Under the pieces are notes generated by a model. It was not told the origin of the DNA. It worked only from the letters and a program-made list of their open reading frames with translations, and did no database searches. From positions 43,028,001 to 43,092,000 of the forward strand of contig OX597828.1 of assembly GCA_951406725.2 (NCBI GenBank): 64,000 bases of DNA, given 5' to 3'. The first letter of the stretch is position 1; the number at the start of each line of letters is the position of its first letter. This DNA is from Octopus vulgaris (Eukaryota). Positions 1 to 16,180 of the stretch are shown piece by piece. The position numbers and the translations under genes are program-made.

Positions 1-619
1 ATACAAATTCGTTGGTGGGGTGCTACAAAAGCGGAGAGGTAAATAGGTAGGTGTTGGTTGGAAGCAAGGTAAGTAAGTAGGAAGGTAGGTAGGCAGGTAA
101 GAAGAATGCATGAAGGCATTGGTGTGTAGGTAGTAATTTGCAGGGTAGTTACGTGGTTCTCTAAACACACAACAGCTTCTATAAATCCAAGATCCACATC
201 ACACATGATGTCATTAACCTTTGCCAAACTTACGTTAACCCCTGACCGCAATTACGTAAGATACACGTTATTAATTCCCTAAGATTTATATCTTCTTCCA
301 CACTTCATCTTCAGTCTCATTTCTCTTCTTCCTCTTCATATTCTTCTTCCTACTCTTCCTCCTCCTGCTCATCTTCCCCCTCCTCCTCCTCCACCTCATC
401 TTCCTCCTCCCTTTCCATACACCCCCACGACCATCCTTCTCCGAAATTTTGAATCATTATTTCTTTTCCCATTCTCTCCATCTATCTCCCCCCTATCTCT
501 CCCTTTCTCTCTCTCCCCCTCTATCGCTCTCATACATAACATACACTAGCACACACAAACACACACACACACATACACACACTTCTTGGCATGTCTTGCT
601 GTGATCAGTTGAATTATCT

Positions 620-1536
<917 letters not shown>

Positions 1537-1830
1537 AATTGGTTCATAGTCGTTCAACTGAAGTCTTCATTTTCAGATTGTGTTTGTTTTTACTCTCGTC
1601 ATTTATCTTCAATCGTTTTTATTCCTTCCTTTGTTTTCAGCCAATGCTGGGGCACCGCCTATTGATTTTTGAATTTTAAATGAAATTTATTAGTCGAGGA
1701 GGGAAGACAGTAACCATGATTCCTTACAAGGGATCTGAGAATTGTAGAGGAGAATGGAGGATATCTTCGAACCAGAAATTCGGCACAAATGTTTGCAATA
1801 GATGCTGATTCTGCTAAAAGAACACAACTG

Positions 1831-1932
1831 ACCAAGTACACAAGGGACCAAGCGCAGAAGGGGCCAAGCGCAGAAGGGACCAAGCGCAGAAGGGACCAAG
1901 CGCAGAAGGGACCAAGCGCACAAAGGACCAAG
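1831..1932. repeat. 16-bp minisatellite (ACCAAGCGCAGAAGGG, about 6 copies)
   Basis: Head-to-tail copies with no spacers and degenerate outer units. Confidence 0.9.
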
Positions 1933-2087
1933 AAGTGGTATTAAAACCGGATATGAAATGGATTGATCTGAACTCAGAACACAAAGATAACTTCTGAAAA
2001 TACCGCAGGTCAACCTGCCTCATGATAGGCCTTTCTTCTGCCATTCTTCTGCCTTGGTTTGATACTATCATTATTATTATCATCACC

Positions 2088-2299
2088 AAGGCGGCGAGTT
2101 GGAAGAATAAGTAATGTGCCAGAGAAAATGCTTAGTGGTATTTTCGTCCGTCTTCACGTTCTCAGTTCAAATTCCACTGAGGTTGACTTTGCCTTTCATC
2201 TTTTCGGGGTCGTTCAATTAAGAACCAGAGAAACACTGGGGTTGATGTAATCGACAATGCCCCTCCCCACCAAATTTGAGGCCTTGTGCTTCCAGTAGA

Positions 2300-2305
<6 letters not shown>
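2088..2305 (+). mobile_element. tRNA-derived SINE, family A (GGCGGCGAGCTGGCAGAA head; GACTTTGCCTTTCATCCTTTCGGGGTCGA core)
   Basis: A-box/B-box-like head (GAGTTCAAATTCC in the consensus). More than a dozen related copies in the window. The core resembles the Meta-type SINE domain (recalled from memory, not aligned). Confidence 0.85.
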
Positions 2306-2335
<30 letters not shown>

Positions 2336-2348
2336 CATCATCATCATC

Positions 2349-2471
<123 letters not shown>

Positions 2472-2472
2472 G

Positions 2473-3025
2473 AGTGAGAGAGCAGTTCATGCCATCAAAG
2501 TGACACTGGGGTAAAATATACGAAGCCCAATATACCCATCATTACTACCCGTCTGATAAAGGTACACCAGGCACATGCATCACAACCATATGTGTGCGAC
2601 ATGGTGATCTCATATCAAGATAAACAGCACATGACCTTGCAGGTGGGGCCCAGTTAGAATTTTCTTCAGGTTGAGTAGCCCATCCTGCTCAAAAGGTCCC
2701 TGAATAAGGGTTGCTTTAGGTTGTTGAACGAAACACCTATGTTTCCAGAGGTGAATTATTCAAACCCCAAAGAATCCCTCTCAACACATGGCCATGATGC
2801 TCCCCCACTACTTCTGCTCGTGATCAGAGATGCACATATCGTCAGCCTCTAAGGGACATGCTCAACTGGTTAAGGCCAAACAACTGACAAGCAAATCTGT
2901 GGTATTGAGCAGAATATTTGCTGTAGCCCATCTTTTATACCAAGACAAAACAATGTACATGATAACACTTCCAATCAGTTAAGATCAGAAGCCATGAGAG
3001 CCACTGCCTGGTATTGCACCAGGGC

Positions 3026-3028
<3 letters not shown>
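2473..3028 (-). mobile_element. ~555-bp non-coding interspersed repeat (family E) inserted in (TAA)n
   Basis: Closely similar copies at ~39775-39880 and ~55997-56425. Flanked by (ATT)n on both sides. The minus strand ends ...CTCTCTCACTC(AAT)n, like a non-LTR 3' tail. Confidence 0.75.
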
Positions 3029-4767
<1,739 letters not shown>

Positions 4768-5947
4768 AACGACTTCAAAAGTAAGAACACTAAAGTTGAT
4801 CACAGTGGTATTTGAACTCGGAGTGCAGAAAAGCAACCAAATACCACAAATTATTCCGTACGACATTCTAACAATCCTCCCAGTTCAATACTTGAAAACA
4901 CAATACTTTGAGCATAGATATTCTTGTCATGATCACAAAGAAGAGGTGGTCACTTGGTATGAAGGTGCAAGGAAGGTAGTGTCATAGAAGTGCCCGTGAT
5001 TATCTACTGAACCCCGCCTTAAAAGAAGTCGAAGAAAAACTGTACCCTAGCACCCTTGGACTTCAATAAATAACCATTCTCATCAACATCGCATAAAAAT
5101 TGCTTTGTTTTGACTTTCTTATATTCTGTTGGAAGATCTGGTTCGACAGAAATCTTCCGATAAGTCTTTTTATTTATTCTTTAAGTAAATCAGGTACGGA
5201 TTGATAGCAACAAAACTAAAACAAAAACAAGGACAAACTTACTGCAAATTATGCTGATCGGCAGATTTCACTATGCCAGTTTAACATTAATTAGACATTC
5301 GTCAAAATTCCATTGCTCCCACTGCTTTCAGCGCTGGTACTAACTATAACAAGCCTTTGGTATCAGATAGCTATTACAGGATGTGTGTCATAAAGAGCTA
5401 ATTGACTTTGATGAACCGCAGTGCTAAGATACGAATCACAAACCCCTTGGGTAAGCTGTCAAATACAATATTCCCCGTTTCATCTGTGGCCTTCGCTAGC
5501 TCTTTCACCGTAACTGAATGTCGAAGATTCTTTCTCTCTTTCTCCCCCTCTTCATACCCCCACCCCATACATTTTTCGATGTTGTTTTAATGAGAAAAGG
5601 AAACTTCAAGTCATCTCTGCACAATTGGTTGAAAAGAACAGGAAGTTATACACGTTCATTGTGTTCCGTTATTACACATAATTTTTCTCCATTACATACT
5701 TGATTGGTCTCTGCCCCGCCCCGCCCCTCAAAAGGTTGCACAAGAAGGCTTCGTTTTGTTTTAAAGGATTAGTCAAGAGGAAGAAGCAGTGCCCATAACC
5801 TTGACATACAACCTCTCAATATCAAAATCAAATTCAATGATAATATAAAAATGTATGACAAAGAAGAATAAATTAAAATACTCTCACAAATGAGATGTTG
5901 CTTGTGTAGCGGAAACTGGAAAGAAATTTTGAAAATTCTTAAAGATA

Positions 5948-6075
5948 GGCGCAGGCGTGGCTGTGTGGTAAGAAACTTCGCTTCTCAACCACATGCTACC
6001 GGGTTCAGTCCCACTGCATAGCACCTTGGGCTAGTCTCTTCTGCTATAGCCTCAGACCGACCAAAGCCTTGTGAA
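5948..6075 (+). mobile_element. tRNA-derived SINE family B, head fragment
   Basis: GTGGCTGTGTGGTAAG...GGTTCAGTCCCACTGC...ACCTTGGGC, matching fuller copies at 24645, 29240, 43215, 51003 and 54140. Confidence 0.8.
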
Positions 6076-7118
6076 TCTCCATTACAGCCTCGACAGCAGC
6101 CGACCATCAGATGTGGTCTGCATTCGTGAGGGACATGGCCAACTCGTTGGTCGGAGCCGATTGAACCAACCCATCCCGTGTGGGTGCCACTCTATCTCCA
6201 CCAATCGCGGAAGCACTGTAAATGGCCACGTAAACTAAAACAACAAAAAGCGATGGGAAATAAATACCATTAATCGTATGCAAAGTTTTTCGTCTACACA
6301 AATCTGTAACTTTCCGTCTGGCAACGGTGGGCGGCAATCAATATGCAAACCAATATACACACAGCAGGAATTCCGACAGAACGTCAATATTTATCAAGAG
6401 ACGGAACATAAATCGTAAACCTGAAAATAAGAACAAAGAATAAAAAAGGTAATCAAAAAAATGTATCGATATCAAGCTTATTTGGTTATTTTAAGTGCCA
6501 AGTTGTAAAGTCGGAGAGAATGATTATCTGATTAATATCTGGTGTTCTTCAAAGAAAAACAAACAGTTTTTATGTGCAATGAAGGGTCGCCTGTCTGATA
6601 TACAGCTAACTGGAGCTAATAAAGTTATATTCGTTATGTAAATACTATCATATCTTAATTATTTCTATGCTTATATGTATAACACACCACACTGACACAT
6701 ACAAGCACACACACACAAACACACACACACACATACACGCACATTAATGTACATGCGTATGTACATTTACATGTGTATGTGAATACACATACACACGCAC
6801 ACACACTTGTTTTTCTTTACGTACATGCACGCATAAACACACACACACACATATATATATATGCATATATATTTACATACATATGCATGTATATATGAAT
6901 GTATGTCTACACACATGTATATATGCGTCTGTGTACATACATAGACATAAACATACATAGACACATATATACATACACACACATATGTGTATATATATAT
7001 ATATGTATACAGATAGATAGATAAATATACGTATATGAATATACACTAACACAAATATTATATATATCCATGCATACATACATACATATATACATACATA
7101 CATACATACATACATACT

Positions 7119-7209
<91 letters not shown>

Positions 7210-7714
7210 GTAAACACATGTTTTGTTAAGTTGTATAATGAAGCATTCAGAATGTTGAAAATAAATCGTCTCAAGAATTTCGCTAAATGAAAGAACTATA
7301 TATTATAGCTTATGATGTGTGCAAGTGTGTGTATGTGTGTGTGCGTGCGAGCCTGTGTGCGCGTGTGTGCTCTCTCTCTCTCTCGCGCGTGTGTTTAATA
7401 TTGAACTAAACGAGAGACGGGTTGCAGGTTTTTAATATTAATATTGAAAGAAGAATAATTTAATGCAAGCCGAATCTTCACATATGATTTATCCTTGTTT
7501 CTTGCTTCCTATCTTCGAACGATTGTGAGAAAGGAAACGTAAAATTTGTTAAAATTTGACATACATTAAAGAATTTTGAATACCATAACGCAAGTTGATG
7601 TGGTAAATCGGAAACACAACCATATATACAATGCAAGTAATATTACACATTATATACACATATATACATATATATATATATATATGTGTATAGAAATTAA
7701 ATATAAAATATAAA

Positions 7715-7990
7715 TTATAAAGTGGGACAAGAACGTAAAAACACACAAAGAGACGACACAAAAAAACAGACGGGTCACTCGAAACCTCTAATCTTCAGTC
7801 GGGAACCGGATCATCTTAGTAATTTCGGCTGTTTAATCTCGATATCACTCCGAACCGGCCAGCTCCAAGGAAAAAACCAAGTCACAGGCATTGGATTTCT
7901 TGGAAAGAGGATTGAATGTATACGGAACAAAGACAGGATGCCACACGAATATAAATACAAGAAACAGAAATAGAAATAAAAAACAGAAAT
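7715..7990 (-). repeat. Interspersed repeat family F between (TA)n tracts
   Basis: Diverged match to 38748-39125 (TGGGACAAGAACG...ACCGGATCATC...AATTTCGGCTG). Confidence 0.75.
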
Positions 7991-8008
7991 AGAAAACACG
8001 AATGGTGG

Positions 8009-8082
<74 letters not shown>

Positions 8083-8087
8083 ATAAG

Positions 8088-8335
8088 AAAATGGTGTGGA
8101 TCAATAGGTGGTATTCATCAACTTTTAGACATTATATTATGTCAATTTGTTTATTTATTTACTAAAATGACAATTATAATAATATACATACATGTATAAC
8201 ATATTATGCTTTACATTTATAATATATAAGGATATTAGTAATTATTGAAATGTCATTTTAGTATATAAATAAATAAATTGACATAATATAATGTCTAAAA
8301 GTTGATGAATATCCCCTATTGATCCCCTACATTTT
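8088..8335. repeat. AT-rich inverted repeat, arms ~100 bp
   Basis: GATCAATAGG...ATTCATCAACTTTTAGACATTATATTATGTCAATTT is mirrored by AAATTGACATAATATAATGTCTAAAAGTTGATGAAT...CCTATTGATC. Confidence 0.85.
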
Positions 8336-8511
8336 ATTGCTTTATAAATAAATGGTAAAATAACTCTTTACGCTCACCCATTTATTACCACACGATAATG
8401 TAATTGCAATGCAATAAAAGAAACACTTGTGTATTAATAATTGGGTATTCTACCAACAGTATATTGGATAGATATTATCCCTTAGTTGGTCTCACAACCT
8501 CAAACTTTGGA

Positions 8512-8587
<76 letters not shown>

Positions 8588-8749
8588 CGAAAGAATATTG
8601 TGTCAGTATGCGTAATTGATAAGTCAAAACACAGTGGCTGGATCTGACACAGGTTTTGGAAATATCCCTGCAAGGAATATAAACTGAGTCAATCTGTGAG
8701 AAAAGTTGAGTAAATGATACAATTACAGAATATTAAATGCAGAATTTTT

Positions 8750-9300
8750 GCTTGGCCGAGCAGTGAAATTTCTTCCCCCGAGAGTTACGCACCCGAGTAA
8801 TAAACTCATATGCATACAAGCAATCAGAGCTCACCTTGACCTTGTTGTCAAGTTAACAAAGGTTGGCATTCAAAGTGGCCACCGATTGCCATGCGAAGTT
8901 TGGATTACTATAGCAAGAAAGGATAATGTTTTTGATGAATATGAAAGTACGGAAACTGCTTGAAGCTTTTATAAATACATATCCATTAATTGATACGAAT
9001 TATGGACGTGTGTGTGTATGGGTAATGTGTCTTTGCCCATCCGAGACCCACGTGTGCATTTTCCTGTGATCTTCAGTGATAAACGAGTTTTATTCATTTT
9101 ATGAGCTTTTGTCAAAAAAAAAAAAGTCTCGAAAATGTGTGAGTACTATTATATTATTAGTAGTAATTATAGATCTATTAAATCATTGTATTTAATTCTA
9201 AGACACTAGAATATAGAGATCTGATTGGCTGCATGCAAATGAGTTCATAACTGCGGTCTGGAACTCTCGCGGGGAATATATTTCGCAGCCGGACATGATG
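8750..9300. mobile_element. Old TIR element (MITE-like) with degenerate ~70-bp inverted ends
   Basis: 8765-8832 aligns loosely with the reverse complement of ~9216-9290. Confidence 0.55.
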
Positions 9301-10982
9301 CAAAGTCCACAGACAACAAATAGACTTGTACAGTCGTCGAGTGGTATCTGAGAAATCGGAAGGATACACTAGGAAGATCTCCAAGAAGGGTGCAATCAAG
9401 ACAATAATGCAAATATATTATGACCAGTGCCGTATAAGCACATTAGACAACATGTTCGATAAAGAACTAAAGATTTTTAAAAATGAGGGCGACATCAGAT
9501 AACGAAGTCCTAAATGCGCAATATTCAATACAAAGACGTGTGTTCACGATTGAAACTGTTTGATCATAAGACTGTTAATTAAGCTGAAACTAAATCATAT
9601 TAATTAATAATTGCACTGAGGATGTTTGGTTAAGGGCACCCTGGCTACGATGAAGTTTCAGCAACAGAATGTGAACCTTTGACTAGATGGGTAATAGTGC
9701 AAAAGCTTATATCTTTCTCATCTATCAATCTATAGCTGACGACCTCTCTTGTGTATGTGTGGAAATAGAACAGGAAGTAATAGTTGCTTCCGGAACCTGT
9801 TCACGCTCTCCTGAAGCGGAAGAGTAAAAAGAAAATAGTTTGGGTGTGGCAAATGATATTAGTGTTAAATGTTAAATGTGAAGTGGGTAAGTAGTTCTTT
9901 AATGGCTCCGCGAAGAGGAGATTATTATTATAAAGTTTTGTTTAAAATATATTTAAGTATTTAAATATCCTAAAGTGAAGTGCTGCCGGATTTATGAGTG
10001 TAGAGTGGAGACGGAAGGTTGAGTTTCGTTTCGTTTTGATACGACGAAGTGGGTTCGATACTACAGGAGTGAGTGTTGCCTTTTGTTGCACCTAGGGGCA
10101 GAAAAGAATAAAAGAAATAATGGTGAATGATGAAGTATATTATTTTATTTTTGCATTTTCATTTTTAAGAATTTCACCGGGATGGTAGAGCTGTGCCCAT
10201 TTGGTTATTTTATCTTGAGGGATTTCCAAGGTTGGTAGCATAAAAGGGCCTTGTCAAACTGACATTTCACCCCCAAAAGTTGCCAAAATGATTCCCACCA
10301 GAATTGTTGTAAGCCAAAGAATTGACAGAGTCGTTAGAGTTTTGGACAGAATGCTTCGTGGTATACATTCTGACATTCTGTATTATGAGTTCAAATTCCG
10401 CTGTAGTCAACTTTGCTTTTCATTCTTTAGAAGTTGATTAAAAACAAAATGGTATCGACCCAGGGCGTTGGAATATCGGATTGGATGGTTCGTAGAATAT
10501 GTTCCAGCTCATTACGTTCCCGGGTCAAATCTTACTCCAGACTATTTGGGGGGTAGACTTCATCTGTCCCCTGGTTGAACAACATCAATTAATATCTTGG
10601 GGATTTGTAGTGGAGTCCAGTCTGTTCGAAGCATTCAGATCAGGTCTCCCTCTAACCAGTTTTGAAGGCCTCATAAAAGGTCATGGGCAATGCCTTCAAA
10701 CAGATAAAAACCCCTCAAAGAACCACAGATCTGGTCCGAATGTAATGAAAACAGTAACTACTCTACAGCATGTACATAGATGTTACTTTGCTGGCTCATG
10801 TGACAAAACATATTCTTATTGAGGTAAGAGGGGGTTATAATTAATTGATCCGTTGTGTTGTTGGGCAACTTAGAGTATATAACATGCACTTTTCTTTCCA
10901 GCAGAAAATTTGAACTCGTGACGTATGCGCTAGAGAAGGTACATCTGTGTAATTGCAGTAGTATAGTAATAGTTCTCAGTAC

Positions 10983-11357
10983 AGGCGTCGAGCTGGCAGA
11001 AACGTTACCACGCCGGGCGAAATGCGAAGCCGTATTTCGTCTGCCGTTACGTTCTGAGTTCAAATTCTGCCGAGGTCGACTTTGCCTTTCATCCTTTCGG
11101 GGTCGATTAAATAAGTACCAGTTACGCACTGTGGTCGATATAATCGACTTAATCCGTTTGTCTGTCCTTGTTTGTCCTCTTTGTGTTTAGCCCCTTATGG
11201 GTAGTAAAGAAATAGGTATTTCGTCTGCCGCTACATTCTGAGTTCAAATTCCGTCGAGGTCGACTTTGCCTTTCATCCTTTCGGGGTCGATAAATTAATC
11301 TAATCGACTGACCCCCTCCCCCCAAATTTCGGGCCTTGTTCCTAGAGTAGAAAAGAA
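10983..11357 (+). mobile_element. Two nested or tandem family A SINEs
   Basis: Two copies of GAGTTCAAATTC...GTCGACTTTGCCTTTCATCCTTTCGGGGTCGA with different tails. Confidence 0.85.
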
Positions 11358-12209
11358 TAGTTCTCAGCATCCGCTCCAAGGATACCTTTGTCCCGAAGGA
11401 AGAAGCGAATGCCTGCTTTTTCTCTTCCCCTTTTTAGTGGACCTTTGTGTATTTGCTATTTAGTAAACAATGCTCTCCTTTAATTCATACGATATTGTCT
11501 TAAGATGGAAGGGCACTCAAAGTAAAACTTTATAGCTTTCTTTCTGTCAGTATACCAAGTTTAGTTATAATAAGGACTTCTGAGGTTTAGGGGCCTGATC
11601 CCACTGAGTGGCATCGTAGATAAGTGTCTTTACCATAACCTCGGGTCAACTTAAGCCTTGTGTGTGAAGCTACGTACTCAGAAACTGTGCGAAAGCCCGT
11701 CTAATGAGATATACCTCGAAATAAAAGGTAAAAGCCTTATCGTACACAGTTACTGTGAACTTTGACCGAGCATGTTATGGGTATATGTGACTTCGGTATA
11801 TTCAGCCACATAGTCGGTTATTCAATAGATAGTTAAATATGCTGACAGAACAGATGAATCTTCGTTGTTGAACGACGGAGGTCCTTTTACTAAACTGTTT
11901 TATTGATTTACAAGAAAGACGATGTTGACGCGATTTGAACTACAACACGCTTTTCATTTTGTCTGCCACTCTACTAACGCAATCAATTTATGACCACCAC
12001 CTACTAGCCACAGAGAAAACTAACACAGCCGTTCTATTCGTTAGAAATAGTAAGCACAATCCCCCTCAAATCCTACCTCAACTGCCAAAACAAAGGACAT
12101 GCTGGACAACGCGATCCTGGCTTCACTGTGTATAGGAACAAAAGAGGATGGTCACAGACGGAGCGCCTTTGATTACAGGCTTTCTCAATCGGAGGGTGAA
12201 CCAGTGCTA

Positions 12210-12972
12210 AGTATTACCACGATCATCATCATTATCATCGTCGTCTTCGTTCGCAATGTTGCCCTAAACATTGTCATCATCGTCGTCATCCGCATCATCA
12301 TCTTCACCACCACCACCACCACCACCACCTTCATTATCACCGTCTTCATCATCATCATCATCATCGTCATCATCATCACCACCGTATCACCGTCATTATC
12401 ATCATCATCATCATCACCACCACCACCACCACCCTCCTCCTCCTCCTCATCATCATTATCACCACCACCACCACCACCATCAACACCACCGTATAAGCGT
12501 CATCATCATTATCATCATCATCATCATCATCATCATCATCGTCGTCGTCGTCATCGTCATCGACTACGACAACATTTCCAATACAATCACAACTCCACAA
12601 ATACGAAGGTAAATTACACTCTGTGTAATGATGGACCCGAGGATAAAACTGGTACTTTGTTCTACAGAACTTCAAAAGTCGATCCTTGAACAAAGTCGAT
12701 CCTTGTAGAATTTGAACCCAGAATGCAGAGATGAAAACTGACACGCCCACCTTTGTACTTGTAACACCACCACCACCACCACCACCACCACCACCGCCAC
12801 CGCCACCACCACCACCGCCACCACCACCACCACCACCACCACCACCACCACCACCACCACCACCACCACCACCACCACCACCACCACCACCACCACCGCC
12901 GCCACCACCACCACCACCACCACCACCACCACCACCACCGCCACCGCCACCACCACCACCACCACCACCACC

Positions 12973-13004
<32 letters not shown>

Positions 13005-13192
13005 CAACTACAACAATAACAACAACGATAACAACAACCGCACTACTGCTACTACTGCTGCTGCTGCAACTACTACTACTACAACAACAACAACTACTAC
13101 TACAACAACAACAACAACAACAACTACTACTACTACTACTACTACTACTACTGCTGCTGCTGATGCAACTACTACTACTGCTGCTGCTGCTG

Positions 13193-13226
<34 letters not shown>

Positions 13227-13227
13227 A

Positions 13228-13280
<53 letters not shown>

Positions 13281-13658
13281 AAACGTTGACACCCCAATGC
13301 AAAAACAACAGCGCCTACAACAATAATAACACTCGGGTGGGATGTGACGGGTGGTGGTGAAATGTTGAAGTAGAGGTGGGTGGTTGGGGAGGAGAATTGG
13401 CGTGAGGGAGTGTGGGGTGTGGGTGAGTTTCGGTTGGGGACATGGTGGTGTTGGTGATGGTGGAGAAAAGAGCGAACTGGCAGCTGACGTGATTGCTGTG
13501 TTTGTCTAAATCCGAACCTCCTACCCTGCTACACCACCCAAGACCCAACCCACCTACCCACCCATCCACCGAACCCGTCATTGTCATCGTGGTGGTATCA
13601 TCGTCGTCATCAGTGTAGTCGTCGTCGTCATCTTTGTCGGCTGCGTCGTCGTCGTTGT

Positions 13659-13718
<60 letters not shown>

Positions 13719-14558
13719 ATCATCAACATCATCATTATACTCCTCCTCCTCCTCCTCCTCCTCCTCATCATCATTGTCATCATCATTGACATCATCAACA
13801 ACAACCCTGATCTTACTACTATCATTGAGGGAGCCTCTACACAAGTTACTCGATTCGCAATATATAGCAGCTAAATCTGCTTCAAATCCGGGGTATATAA
13901 CAACAACAGCAACAACAACAACAACCAACATTACCACGAAAGTGCCATCATAATGCGCCACAAGTCCTTGCACAACATTACAGCATTACGTAATATTGCA
14001 GGTCACTACTACCACCACCACCACAACCACCACCATCACCACCACCACCATCACCACCACCGCTTTCGTTAGCATCATTACCATCACCACCGCCATTACC
14101 ATCATCAACTTCAAAAAAATAAACACCTGTACCGAATTTACCACCACCACCACCATCGCCACCACCAGACAGCCCCCACCACCACCACCATCCACACCAC
14201 CGCCATCCACACCACCACCACCACCATAAACACCATCACAGCCACACCACCACCACCACCATAAACACCATCACAGCCACCATCACTGCCACCACCAGCA
14301 TCACAGCCACACAACCACCATCAGCGCAACCACCATCACCGCCACACCACCACCACCATTATCACCATCATCACTAACATCGCCATCAACAACGATATTA
14401 TTGTTCTATCACCATCAAAACCACCACCACCACCACCACAGCCACCACCAGTATCGGTTACTCCGCCATGGCCACCATCACTATTGCAATCACCATCACC
14501 ACCACCACCGTCGCCATAAGCGTTATCTCGAACATTACTACAAAACGCCACCACCACC

Positions 14559-14589
<31 letters not shown>

Positions 14590-14930
14590 CGAACTACAAT
14601 ACCATCACTACCCCCACGACCACCATTACCAACAACGACAATTCAATCACAACGACGACGACGACCATCAGCATCAGCCCTACCGCCACCACCGCCACCA
14701 CCACCATCACCATCACCACCAGCAGCATCATCGTCACCATCAACATTACCACCAGCACCATCACCACCACCACCACCAGCACTACCAGAGTATCCACCGC
14801 CACTATCAACCCACCGCCATCAACCCCATTACCACCATCACCACCATCACCACCATCACCACCATCCCCACCATCTCCACCATCACCACCAGCACCACTA
14901 CCTCTACCATCAACACCACCCAAGCCTCAA
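12210..14930. repeat. Compound trinucleotide microsatellite block (CAT, CCA, CAA, CTA, CTG)
   Basis: Includes a long (CCA)n at ~12765-12990. Source of the poly-P/G/S/H ORFs. Confidence 0.95.
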
Positions 14931-15240
14931 CATAAATATTGGTACGAGGAAATCTCTAAATTCTCTAACTGACATTTCGGTTAAAGGCTGACCTGCACGT
15001 GTGACATTTAAGAGGGATTTTGGTGGTGGTGGTGGTGGTGGTGGTGGTTGTGAGGGCTTCGTGGGTGGAGGAAGGTGGTGTTGGTAATGGTGGAGATGGT
15101 GGTGATTGCGGTGGTGTTGGTGGTGGTGGATGTTTGGATTTGCTGTTGGATCATGTCGGTTGGTGTTCTAGCATTGTTTGTGTAACTGGTGTGAGTGGTA
15201 GCGGTGCTGGTTGCGGTACTGGTAAGTGATGGTCACGTTG

Positions 15241-15272
<32 letters not shown>

Positions 15273-15422
15273 CTTGTATCTAGTATGAATGTGTGTATAT
15301 ATATATATATATATATTTAAAAAAAAGGAGATGTCGAACACGAGTGGTGATATATAAAAAAGGAAATGAAGAAAATGCTGACAAATAATTGAAGTAATTT
15401 AAGTAATTTAATTAGGTGAAAG

Positions 15423-15466
15423 TTCTTTTTACCGGTTGCGCATTTGTTATGCTTATCAAAATATAA
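15423..15466 (-). ncRNA. Degenerate minimal type I hammerhead ribozyme in the Penelope 3' region
   Basis: Minus strand reads UUGAUAA-GCAU-aacaa-AUGC-GCAA-CCGG-UA. Features: U3-A8 core variant, 4-bp stem II, palindromic stem III (ACCGGU), GAAA changed to GCAA, weak stem I. Confidence 0.6.
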
Positions 15467-15494
15467 AAGAGAGATTAGAGTCTGTCTCTTATAT

Positions 15495-15702
15495 GTGAAA
15501 AAAAGAGGCTCCAGAGTTGTTTTGGATTTGCTTGGTTTCGCGCCTAAAATTTTGATTGGTCATTATGAAGGGGTCACGTGAATGTTTGAATGGAAGTTGG
15601 TGTTGGGGTAAGAAAAAAGGCTCCAGAGAAGTTAAAATTTGGCTAGTGTCCCGCCTAAAATTTCTTATTGGCCATAATAAAGAGGTCACGTGAATGTTTA
15701 GA
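15495..15702. promoter_or_regulatory. Duplicated ~115-bp module in the Penelope 3' region with promoter-type motifs
   Basis: Two diverged copies, each with ATTGG (CCAAT box) and GGTCACGTGA (E-box). The first also has TTTCGCGC and TTTGAA. Function is inferred only. Confidence 0.45.
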
Positions 15703-16180
15703 ATTTTCGAAAATAGTGTTGTTGGAAATTCTTATTGTTCAGGCTGGTCAGTAGACGTCATGTGGATATTTTAAATAGCTTTTTAGCGCGTAGTTAGGGA
15801 GTGTATTTTCCGCTTGACTGGATAAGTAAGTTCGTTTAGAACAGGGAGAGCTGTATGTATGTATGTGTGTGCGCGCGCGCGCGCGCGCGTGTGTTTATAT
15901 GTATGTTGGGGCGCGCGCGCGTGTATATATGTGTGTGTGTGTGGGTACAATTTTCAATATTTATAGTTCTGCTGGCCTTGTGCCTGTATCGGGAAGCAAC
16001 GTATTTGTGTGAAGTCAATATTTACAGCCATTTCCAAAAAATAGTGTTGGATGTTTTGCACCCGTATTCAATTATGTGTATGTGTGGAACCATATATTTG
16101 TGTGTGTCATGGTGTTAATATCTGGGTAAAGGTGTGTGTAGGGTGTGTGCAGGTGTAAGTGTGTTTGTTGTGGGTTCGTG

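Noticed and set aside
1831-1932. CRISPR-like array
   Set aside because: The units are directly adjacent with no unique spacers, there are no cas genes, and the context is eukaryotic.
6085-6337. GC-richer patch and a 76-aa minus ORF as a host exon
   Set aside because: No recognisable domain. The plus frame (AADHQMWSAFVRD...*) looks more like the extreme 3' end of an RTE-type LINE but is too short to call.
8380-8442. Hammerhead-like GAAACAC-TT-GTGTA with TTATTA/TAATAA flanks
   Set aside because: No CUGANGA box (it reads ACGATAA), so it is too degenerate to support.
12376-14991. Long Pro/Gly/His-rich ORFs as an extensin-like or structural gene
   Set aside because: Made entirely of trinucleotide repeats, open on both strands, with no splice or start context.
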